The notes beneath the pieces were generated by a model, which ran no database searches, was not told where the DNA came from, and was given only the letters and a program-made list of their open reading frames with translations. Positions 48,801-58,948 of a DNA stretch of 64,000 nucleotides are shown one piece after another (the first letter of the stretch is position 1; each line of letters starts with the position of its first letter). The position numbers and the translations under genes are program-made. This DNA is from Hormiphora californensis (Eukaryota; Animalia; Ctenophora): the NCBI GenBank assembly GCA_020137815.1, contig CM035357.1, positions 5,704,001-5,768,000 on the forward strand. The letters run 5' to 3'.

Positions 48801-51800
48801 GATTTAAGATTTCTCCCTTTTCATTGGCCCACGTGGTAAATGACTGTTTTTAATGACTGTTTTTAATGAATTGAAAAGAGAAGGTCCGCGATTTGGTTGG
48901 ATAGGGAGCTACGTGACTGTGTTATGGTGAATGGAACAGAGAAGGTCCGTGATTTGGTTGGATAGGGAGCTACATGATTGTGTTATGGTGAATGGAACAG
49001 AGAAGGTCCGTGATTTGTCGGCTTCTCCTTTACGTTTGGTAGATAGATCCTCGGTTGTGATTAGCTGCTCGTCCCACTCTCCCTGCCATTTAAATAGCGA
49101 TGCATTGCCTCACTAACAGTACAATATGATATCTCTTATTGTTCTGCTTCTTCATGCTACATCAGGACCCACCGTCCTTTACAGGCAGTCTCTAAGGGGT
49201 GGTCTAATGGGAAGTCTTGGGGGACATACACGTCTTGGGTGCAATGACTTCACATCCGAATCCATGGCCCTGGCCCGTACTAACATGACGGAACTTCCGC
49301 GGGGATCCCTCCGATGCCCCTTTAACCCCAGCGCCTTCACAACGTGCCCGGGGATGGCAGAACAATGTCTGAACAGCACATGGAACTGTCTTCTCCGGTC
49401 GAGCTACGTGTGTGACGGGAGTAGTGAGTGTCTGGAGGATGAGTGTAACTGTGGGGATAACGGAACGAAGGTGATATATTGTAGGGGGAGGAAGGGGTGT
49501 GTGTCCCTGAACAAATTGTGTAATGGCATGTCTGATTGTCCTGACGGCGAGGATGAGAGGGCCTGTGAGGGGGCTATGGACACAACGTGTGTTAGTATCC
49601 GTGATATACCTTTTAACTTGACGTAAGTACTTTTCAATCCTTTCTACCAGGAACCGACTGAATCAGGAAATACTGGTCCCTGATTGGCTGATAACCAGTC
49701 ACGTGACCTGAATAACGAGTTCTGATTGGTTGTTTACTTGTTTCGGTCGGTTCCTGTTTAATATGTAACGGTAAACTGTTTCAGAGTTAGATGTTCAGGA
49801 AATCTGCATCTATACTCCTGCAAGGGATGTTCGTCCTATTTCGAGGACACACCGGGCTTGAAATGCTACATTGCAATTATTGATACCAACGCCAATCTCA
49901 GGGGGAGGAGAAGAAACGGCACTGATCTCTGTCTCAAGCATTGTAACGAAAGTGTTGAATTCTGCCGACGGGTAAATACCAAGGAGGTACAAGGTTACAA
50001 TGACTGGAATATGGGGTTTGTTTGTAATTTGACGGAAATGAATGAGTTTGTTGACATGAATGCGGTTTGTGATAGTGCGTACGATTGTTCGAACCGAGCT
50101 GATGAAAAGTATTGCGCTAATCGATTTTATTGTGAGAAATCGGATGTTATTTGGGTGACACCGGATAAGGTGTGTAACGGGTTTAAAGACTGCGAAAACG
50201 GTCAAGACGAGTGTGCAGAGTGCTCCCGAGGCTTCCTGTCTTCCGATGAGAACATCATCAAGAACAACTTCCTACTCAGTGTGTGTGTCACTGTCATGGC
50301 ATGCACTCTTATGGCAAACTGTTATAACCTCTGGGAGATCGATTACCAAGCCCAGGAACATGATCACGTTAGGGTGGAGCGAGTCCTCAAGGTCACCCTC
50401 ATCGCGTACGATCTCGCCATGGCACTATACTTGGCACTTCTCTCGGGTAGCAACATCCGGTATTATGGACGGTATTGTAATTATGACAGCGAGTGGCGAT
50501 CTGGGATTTTATGTGATGCCATGGGGGTGGTCTTTAGTACATCTGCACATGGTTCACTACTAATCGTTCTCATTATGAGCGTCACTCGGGCGTATAAGTG
50601 TGCCTTCCCATTTTCCTCGGGTATTCCACGGTATCGGGTTTATGCTCTGACTGCTCTCCTCACAGCAGTTAATCTCACCCACGCCATTCTCCCGGTCATC
50701 CAAGTTAACGCAATTCAGGATCACACGCGATCAGATTTTCATATTTCATCCCTAAATCCATTTATTCGTAACACGAACAACATATCACACGTCTGGCACA
50801 TACACTCCATATTCTTTCCAGACAACGTCAACTCCAGTTTAGGACACAAATTGGCGGACCTAAGGAGTATCTCAAATGATCCCACACTTTTCCAAGTCCA
50901 CGACTTCTCCCTCTATGGTTGGTCTTCCGTGTGCGTTCCGGATCTCTTCAACATTAAGCAAGACCCCGTCATGCTGACCTACAAGTCCGTCTACTTGGCG
51001 ATACTCTGCTTAGTCCTCCTCGTGATAAGTGTATGCTACGCTATCATCCTCTGGAGCCTCATTTTGTCCCACCAAGCGAACGATACCAGTGCGGTGGCAA
51101 ATGTCAGCCAGAAGGTGGCCGTGATTGTCGGGGTTAAATTTGTCACATGGATGTTTGTCGCAGCTATCATGGTGTATGCCATGGCTACAGAGAGGCTGGT
51201 CGCCACAGCATGGTACGAGGTGATTGCCGTGTCAATTCTCCCCCTGAACAGTTGTCTGAACCCAGTATTTCACTCCGATTTGTACCAAAAATTGACGGGG
51301 TATTGTAAGAAACTGAAACCAACCGGGTTAGTACGCCCACGGGTTAGTAGCACTGATAGACAGTCACCCCTGTCCACAGGTAGAGATATAATAGAGATGA
51401 GTAATATTAGAAGTCAGTCAGCGGGTGATATTGTAGTTGAAAGTCAGTCAGCGGGTGATGTTGTAGTTGAAAGTCAGTCAGCGGGTGATATTGTTATTGT
51501 GACTAGTGAGAATGTTTGAATCTAGAATCGATGAATTTACGTATATATCCCGTTATGTCCGTTTTGAGATATCAGTGTGCATCTGTGTTGTGTTTGTTCT
51601 GCAGTTTGAAACAGAGCAGTATAAAACTAGTTGCCTAGCTCGACCCCTTTTCGCGAGCTCCGCCCTTAGGTTAGAACAAAAAACAAGTATACAGTAGCTA
51701 TTCAGAACAATTATAGCTGACGTTTATGTTTAGTTTATGAATTTCACAATTGCGAAGAAAGTTATTTCGAACCCGGTGTTTATCGATTCTCCTCCTAAAT

Positions 51801-54800
51801 CGGCAATCACCGGGGCAGGGAAAAAATCGCTGCCTAATTTTCACCTAAAAACCAGGGAATGGTTTGGTTACGAAATAACCTTCACACGCTGGCCAGGGAG
51901 GGGTTATTTCGTTACCAAAGAATGGTAGAGAGGTGAACCACCATCAATAATAAACATTCAAAAACACGGTCACGATGAAGCTTGATTGATCATTACCAGT
52001 TACCACCGTCTAAATTTGATGTACTATTTAAGTATGAAAGGGTTTACAAAAAGGATAATTGAGGGTACAATAAGTTCCCATGATGTAGAAACAGCTACCT
52101 GTGCAAAGTGTGACGTCAGTGCCAGGAGGGAGTTGTTGAGGGATTCCTGGCCGAGTTCCAATTCCTCTAACTGTCGTAACGAGCCACTGAGGGATGGGAT
52201 GAAGGGTTAGAATGGGGGGGGGGGGGTGTGCTAAAGGAATGGGCTTAGTGTTAAGTTGTATGTTGAGTAAATACCTACAGTCTTAACTCAATATATTTGT
52301 GATAAATGACGTAAAGATAAAAGTACCCTCAGCCGTTAAAACATAACCCTTCCAAGGATGAGGCTACCACCAATGCATTACTTCCCATTTAATTGCCCCT
52401 ACGGGCTACGGTCACTAGGGTGTGCTATTTCAAATTTTTTTCGACTAGGCCATTCAGTATCTAGCTAATGTGAAACTATGGACAATTCTCTATCACATCA
52501 GCAAAACAGAATCGGGATAGTGTTTGTCAGTTACGTTGGCATCGCAATTTAAAAAGTGTAGTTTTTAACCGAAAAATGGTAGATACAGAAAAATATGTGT
52601 GATTTTCACCAGTTTTTGACATGTTCTTGATATCAACTTTTTATGGTCAGGATTGTGTTCAGCACCTCGAAACTGACAGGAATTGATATGCATCATTAAA
52701 TGATGCTAAAGTTCATTTTTGACCTTAAAATGTTCATTTTTGACAAAAAATGTTCATTTTGGACATGTTCTTCAATTTTGAGAGCTTTTTCATGAACGGG
52801 ATCGTGTTCCGCAGGCCAAAATTAGTCGATTACAACCGAAATTTGCTTTCCACCAAGAAAAAACTAAAAAAATTAAAATTTGTCCCCACGATTCTGCAAG
52901 TTGGTAAAATTAGCAAGAAAAAAAAGGGAGAAAAATTTTTATTTTTGTTCATAAAGTGGATATCTGAAGGCTCAAACTGAAAGTAACAGTTGTATAAGTT
53001 GTCACGAGACGATTGATATGTGTGTTTTGTTCGAAATAACGCCCTAAATCAGACTTTTTGAAATGAATATGCCCATATATGGGCATAGCTCGTGCCAACG
53101 TAATTGGGCCATGGTGGAGCCAAAACTTTGTGATAAAATGTTTTAGAATGATCGTAGGAGCTCATTTAACCCGATACCAAGTGAAATTTTGAATTAAATT
53201 AGGCATTTGAAAAAATAGCACACCGTCGGTCACACACCCCCACCCCAAACATAACCCGCTAGTACCAGTAATCGTGTTGTTGGTGCCTGCCCCTCTCCTG
53301 CTGCTGCTCAAGTAACGAAGGCCCCACCCTCCTCCTTGTAGACCCTAGATTATCAAATGGTGAGAACAGCTGCTGCTCCATGTTCAGTCTCCATGGCAAC
53401 TGCTGCTCCTCAGAGGACACGGTAGAGGATGAGGAGGAGGTAGGCCATAGTGGAGATATGTCGTGGGGTGGGGAGAGGGGTTCAGGACCGAGAAACAGGG
53501 AGGAGGGAGGTTTAGATGATGATATGTTGTACTGGAGAGGTGGTTTGTCGAGGATTAGAGGAGAGATTATCTGGATAGGAGGCAGGGGGAGGTCATTATC
53601 CATGGCAGGAGGGCTGAAAGGGGAGTTCCGAGGGGAGCTGGGAAGCCGCCTGGAGTTCCACTGCTGCTCTTACCACACCCGCTAAATATATGAGAGAATT
53701 GATGGAGAACACGCAACAAACTCTTGGATTTTAAAATCAAGTACAGGACAATATGTAATCGAACTAATGACCTGACATAAAGATAGGATATATTGGGCTA
53801 AATAATAGGCAATCCAACGCTCACCAAGATACCCAGACAATGAGGATCCGTGACGATATATCTAGGAATAAACAATAGTAGCTATACTGTGTAGAAGTAA
53901 TAAACAAGAGCTAGGGTGTGGTTATCTTATTCCGAGTTTTAAAGATAGAGAGAGAGGTATAGTAGTGGTGTCTGTATAGGAGCTAAACAATAGTACGTGA
54001 CATTATAGGTACACGCTGCTCGTAAACAACTATGAATAATGAATATAATGACAGAAATGAATGGAAATAGATGGGAAATAGACTCAAATAATCAGACCCT
54101 ATTTCAAATAGGTTGAAAGTAGTAAGGGGGAGGGGTAGGAGCACGGGGAGTCAACAACTGAAAGTAGTAAGGGGGAGGGGTAGGAGCACGGGGAGTCAAC
54201 AACTGAAAGTAGTAAGGGGGAGGGGTAGGAGCACCGGGAGTCAACAACTGAAAGTAGTAAGGGGGAGGGGTAGGAGCACCGGGAGTCAACAACTGAAACA
54301 TAGAAATGGAGGTTGATAAATAGATGTATAAAAAGAATGGGGCAACAAGAGTGAGACGGTAGAAAAAAATATTATAGAAAAAAAAGAGAGAAAGAAGAGA
54401 GTATGATCAGGAAAGGGGTAACATGGAAAGAATATGGCGGAGGGAGAGGAGGACAATAGATGCATTTCCTAATTATATGTCTCTCTCACACATCGCAACA
54501 ACCAACAATCGTAGTGGACCACACAGTGTGGGAGAGCGGAAATGGGAACAAAGAGCATACCTTCATCCTTTATTGAACCCTTTTCAGTTCACATATTATG
54601 CCAGACACAAAAAAGGGGGAGATGGAGATGAGAGATGTGGTTGATAGAGATGAGGGAGGGATGAGGGAGACCTCGGACAAAGGAACAAATTATTGTTTCA
54701 ACTCTAATGGTGAATTATGCAGCCACTCTAATATCCAACCCCTTTTGTTCTTTTTTCGGCTTCACCGTCTTCTTTTTGAAGTCTATATCGTGGGTTATTT

Positions 54801-56633
54801 GGGAGGTTACTAGCAGTAGACATCTACAATTCAATCATCCCTAGTTGTTGTTTATTGTTGAGTTTTGCTTCTAACCACAATCCACCACTAGACAGCTAAC
54901 CATGTTCAATATTGAGTCTATTTCCCCCTCTCTCTCATATAAAATGTAAGAAACTGTTTCCCCTCTCTCTCATATACAATGTAAGAGAGTAAGCGATTGT
55001 GTTCACTGCATCACGTGACCATTGTCTTCAGGGCAGTCTCCAAGCTGTTGTAACATGTATACCTCATCTAGATATTTAGTATTTAGCATCAGCTGAAAAT
55101 TGGTTCATCAGGCCCATAGAATACTTTGGGTGACAAGTCCCTTGTTCACAGTAAACAGTTGTAGTACATGTTAATATAACTTGAAGGGATACATACACAG
55201 GGTGCGCTCCCAGTGTATAATTATTCAGGTAGAGCACACTATTATAATACACTCCTGGAAAAATTGTACACAGGATCGAACAACTCCGAACTCCATATTA
55301 ATCTTTACAACTGGACAAATGATGAATGATTGAAAAATGTACATACATGTTTGAACTTTATAGTTCGTAAGAGCCAAGAGGCAATTTTTGACAGATCTAT
55401 GTAATCAAGTTTTACAGTTTTTTATAAAAGTTTCTATTTCCATCAAGATTAATAAACGTGCCTGCATTCATCCCCAGTATTTCGGTCTATCATTGTGAAT
55501 AGCAGTGAACCGATTAGCTTCCCACACGTTATGCTTTTGTTGTTCACCTTTCATCAAATAGTGTGTGTGGTATGGTGTGAGCCTCTCACACACTCTCTCT
55601 TTCTCTCTCTCTCTCTCACTCTCTCTCTCACCCACATCTCAGCATTTATCAGGACTAGAGGAAAATTATCAGGATTGTACAAAACAGGATTCTCATGTAC
55701 ACATTTTGAATGAAAGACATGTGTGCAACACACAAATGATGTCATTTTGCTATGCTCAATTGATTGCGGCAATAGTTCTTGTATCATGGTAGTTTTTCAT
55801 AGCTTCACAAACAAGGTCTAGACAAACAAGGGCCGGAGGATTAAAAAAGGAGATACATTATCAGGTATCAATAGATCAGATCTCTGTGACAAGCACACAC
55901 ACCAACCAAAATGCTGTCAGGCCAATGCTCTCACATCCAAAATGTCAACTTCATGTTGCAACATGAAGAGTTAGGGACGTTGCAGTTGAGGTACTAAAAT
56001 AAGGAGGACGATGGCACCATTTGGTGACCTGTAACTAACATCTCTAGCTTAGTAGTCATGGAGACGGGAAGAGGCGTGGAGAGATAAAGTGAGTTGGATA
56101 CAAGTAGAACGAGGGAAATGAACCTTTCAGCAATCCAACTCTGAATGTTCAATATCAAACCGAATGTCAATTATTATATATGGCCCCAATATCAATTCAG
56201 TGTCAAGAAATATACACATATATAACCGGAGAGCATGGAACATTAACTCATAGTGATGTTGAATAGCATGGTATGCACCACACACAACAACTCAGTTACA
56301 ATATATGCACAACACACATGGGATGGGTTGATGAGGGTGGAACGAACATTTGAATGAAACTTTCCAAAGAGTAGCTCAATGCTAATTTACACGCTACAGT
56401 TACAAAAGAAAAGCATTCAGTTAAATTGTATTTGTGTACCATAAAACCATGAAAAGAGAAAAGTGCAAAAGTAAAACAAAAACTTGGTAGCTAGTTCTAA
56501 ATTTAATCAAAATTGAGGTTCGACGAAGGTAAATTGATGGAACAAAGAACCGCCAGACGTTAAGACAAAGAGTAAATTAAGAGTATAATGGGGAGAATGG
56601 GAAAGAGATGGAGAAATAGATAGAGAGATAGAG

Positions 56634-56717
<84 letters not shown>

Positions 56718-57519
56718 AAGATAGATAGATAGAGTGAGAGATAGTGAGAGAGTGACAAAAAGATAGAGCGAGAGGCAAGAGAGCAATCACACGACATACC
56801 GGCAGACTGCCTAATTAGAAGGGCGCTGCTGGTGTGGAGGTGTGGGGCAAGAGGATGAGTTGGACAACAGGAGTGAAGGATGTCATTACAATAAAGGAGC
56901 ATCATGAGAAACTGAGGACTTGGATCAGAGAGATAGTCAAGAGAGGAATATGAACACACAGATATATTGTTGTTGTTGTAGGTAAGGGGCTAATTATATG
57001 GGTGGGGCAACAACAGGAGCAGGTCTCTTTCCAAATGTTCATCTCTCTCTCTATCACTCTTGTCTTAAGAGACAAGAGTGAAGAGTCACTCTCCTCTCTC
57101 TCTACCTCATGCATCCCATTCACTCTCTAATGATAACTGAAGGGCCACCTGCAAGTTGCCCTTCTCATCCCCTGACTTAGTAGGTAATTATAACAGTAGG
57201 TCACATATGTGTTCTAGCACCTACCTGCTATACTGCACCCCTGTTCTAGAGTATTCTAGTTATCTCTCTTTAGTTGCATGTACTAGTATCTCTCCTTCTC
57301 TCATCCCCTAGTGACATGATCCCTCGTCATGATCAACATTCCCCTCATTTCCTCATACAGGCATTGTTTTCAGAGGAGATAAATTAACAATTATCCCAGA
57401 TCCGAAATATAGCATTTGTCTAATTCAGGGCTAAATTAAATTCACTGTTTTTCAATTTCAACTTACCTTTTCATGTGTTCAATTGCAGCCTGAAACCGCT
57501 CATCTTCCCCACTAATCAT
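35861..57519 (-). CDS. RUNDC1: RUN domain-containing protein 1
   Basis: Exons 52186-52099 (LNNSLLALTSHFAQ), 46265-46132 (VQFRL..LLRELEQFAFRG; 2 extra nt), ~44431-44324, ~43940-43837, ~43569-43473, ~43008-42847, ~40103-39979, ~39811-39736, ~37253-37062 (HGL..HPWLLFV), ~36631-36443, ~36211-36117, ~35979-35861 (FDLPTD). Two phase-compatible candidate first exons: 53603-53266 and 57519-57467. Confidence 0.88.
36786..36960. repeat. Degenerate ~175-bp palindrome (old MITE-like)
   Basis: Core ATATAGGTAGAAATTG-AAAAAGCTTTTC-CAATTTCTACCTATAT flanked by AGACCAGTGGATA/TATCCACTGGTCT and weaker outer arms. Confidence 0.7.
38493..39563 (+). CDS. Rhodopsin-class (class A) orphan GPCR, single coding exon, nested antisense in a RUNDC1 intron
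   Basis: Seven hydrophobic segments; GN (TM1), NLAIAD (TM2), SHR at the DRY position, SWLP, NPILY; ATG at 38493. Confidence 0.93.
   Translation: MSNTTADPLDLSLSLAQRIPLIIYDTLATLLMLTGNSAVLYTSLRYNAISLDEVSLVFVQNLAIADLLFAITVIFPILVTLVADRFVLGGVWCFINSQISFIPWILNSLLVLAISSHRVAVATNPLLSLKLNQTQARYLCLVLWCLALSVPGIQIISGSVSSFSPTTAKCVSSIYSDEDTADLFLWYIVVILSLTPLCSVILLNSVLGVIAVRASKSMRARSHYKGVVMVCALSGLFAVSWLPWGISTILSLIGHPINYPYISLLGYHITFLNGMGNPILYTLTNRRFARFLRQLLSVKVSEWTKWQSTTTTGNTNTEQNNNNQRQLPASSKGEEIVIVPAESCSIELHAESESEV
40826..40972. repeat. Tandem repeat, ~37-39-bp unit x4
   Basis: GGGACCCCTCTAAAACACACAGGGCCCCTCA repeated. Confidence 0.85.
42320..42831. mobile_element. TA-flanked MITE (512 bp)
   Basis: TA|CCGATATATAACGGAACCT ... 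AGGTTCCGTTATATAGCGG|TA with subterminal TTAATT motifs. Confidence 0.82.
45635..46052. mobile_element. ~75-bp inverted repeat pair around a (GA)n-rich spacer
   Basis: ATTAAGCCAAAAACTAATCGAAATTAGTTGGCGGGAAAGGTGACCCACTTACACC... and its reverse complement ending at 46052; TTAA at both ends. Confidence 0.75.
46506..47846. mobile_element. Foldback DNA transposon derivative, CMC/Chapaev-like termini
   Basis: Arms 46506-47167 and 47185-47846 (662 bp each), 17-nt spacer, CACGG...CCGTG ends, TATG direct repeat on both flanks. Confidence 0.88.
48047..48836. mobile_element. Tc1/mariner-type MITE (790 bp) with ~90-bp imperfect TIRs
   Basis: TA|CCGCGTGGGCCAAT...CTCCGGCACCTTAATTCCAATGGTTCTGAAA and its reverse complement ending ATTGGCCCACGTGG|TA; interrupts a ~60-bp tandem repeat that continues at 48880-49016. 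Confidence 0.85.
49126..51519 (+). CDS. LDLa-repeat GPCR (GRL101/LGR-related 7TM, no LRRs seen), nested antisense in a RUNDC1 intron
   Basis: Exons 49126-49622 and 49785-51519 in frame; signal peptide; LDLa-like units CDGSSECLEDEC, CNGMSDCPDGEDE, CDSAYDCSNRADE, CNGFKDCENGQDEC; WRSGILCDAMGV, YGWSSVCVP, LPLNSCLNPVFH; C-terminal 30-bp repeat (SQSAGDIVVE x3). Confidence 0.9.
49648..49756. mobile_element. 109-bp MITE, copy 2
   Basis: Near-identical to 14564-14672; fills most of the GPCR intron; no TSD evident. Confidence 0.88.
52416..53226. mobile_element. hAT-like non-autonomous element (~810 bp)
   Basis: TIR TAGGGTGTGCTATTT / AAATAGCACACCGT; CGGTCAC repeated directly on both flanks (7-8-bp TSD). 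Confidence 0.72.
54114..54298. repeat. 45-bp G-rich minisatellite x4
   Basis: TGAAAGTAGTAAGGGGGAGGGGTAGGAGCACGGGGAGTCAACAAC repeated. Confidence 0.93.
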
Positions 57520-58948
57520 CGAACAACACACCGGGAGCTTTATATAGGTTCGGTAGGTTTTTAGAACAAATGCAGTGACTACAAAATGTGGGCAAGTTAA
57601 GAAGGCAATACTACACACAGTGTAAGTGTGCTTGTTCTCTGTCTCTCTCTCACTATGTATCTATCAGTATCTCTCTCTCTCCCCCTCTCTCTCTCACTAT
57701 AGATCTATCAGTATCTCCCGTACTACGCTTTCACCTGGATCTCTATCTCTTCTCTCAATCTTTCTCGGATATTTCTCGACGTGGCTACGGATCCAGCCTA
57801 TCAAACATCCAACAAACAACACGTGCACGCAGCATGGGCAGTGGACTGGGTGGAACTGAATATGCAGTAGAAGCCTTTCGGGACAATAGTGAAGTTAATA
57901 AACAATACAGGAATTTGGTCGTCTTGACTCTTGACTGACTCGTGCGAAGAACAACAGTATGAAGGGTATGCAGGAATTAGGAATTAGTAAATGAGCACGC
58001 ACGTATACATGGCAGTATTAAAACTCCGACTAAACGGACTAAATGGTACAATGGAACTGTAGTGTGTAGTTTTGAAAGGAAGAGTGTACGGACAAAGGAA
58101 CTATGTGGGTGTGTGGTCTTTAGTGAGCTGGTATTATACAATGTCACTGGATCATTATTCATGTAAATAATAAAATGAGATCATTGCCCGATCTTATCCA
58201 AACCAGGAAATCCAACCTTCTTCAACGGCCTTTTATTTGATATTTTATTACCACCTCTTATCCACCACATCCCCCTCTAATTTCGTTAGAATATTGTCCC
58301 ATATTTGCCCTTTTCATGTCTGCTTTTACCAGAAAAGGATTTTTTCATGAATCGACAATCGTCTTATCACCTATCTTCCTTTTCAGATACCACGTCGGTG
58401 CTTACTTTTCATTGTCGGATATCACGCCGGTACTTACTTTTCATTGTCGGATATCACGCTGCTGGTGTCACTGTACACGACCATCAGCACAGAGAGCCTT
58501 CTTCATCCACGATCTGGGACACTGCCGGTGCAGTGTCAGCTTCTCAATGAAAATGGGACATCCTATACAATGATGGAACATTATTGGGGGGAGATGAAAA
58601 CGGGACATCTTAACACTTAACAGATATCTGCAGATTGTGGGGGTTAGTGCTTAGTCCAGTGGTACTCAGAAGTGGGGTGGGGCTAGTGCAGTGTTCAGAA
58701 GACATCCTAGACAATTAGACAAAAAAAGGGGGTAGCATGGGAGAACTATTGAAAACCAAGAGGTCTGATGATGGGTAACAAAACAAGATCAAGACCAAAT
58801 CAGCTATTGAAAATAACGTATGGAAATAAGAAAGTGTATTCAAAAACTTAAAAAACTCCAATCAAAAAACGTATCAAAAATATATATAAATCTGCACAAA
58901 CATGAACGATCTAACACAAAATAAACACTATAATATATACTTGACTCA

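Noticed and set aside
51625-51668. Short motif AAAGRGGGTCGAGC(TAG) also seen near 38210 and 59150
   Set aside because: Too short to define an element; may be repeat remnants.
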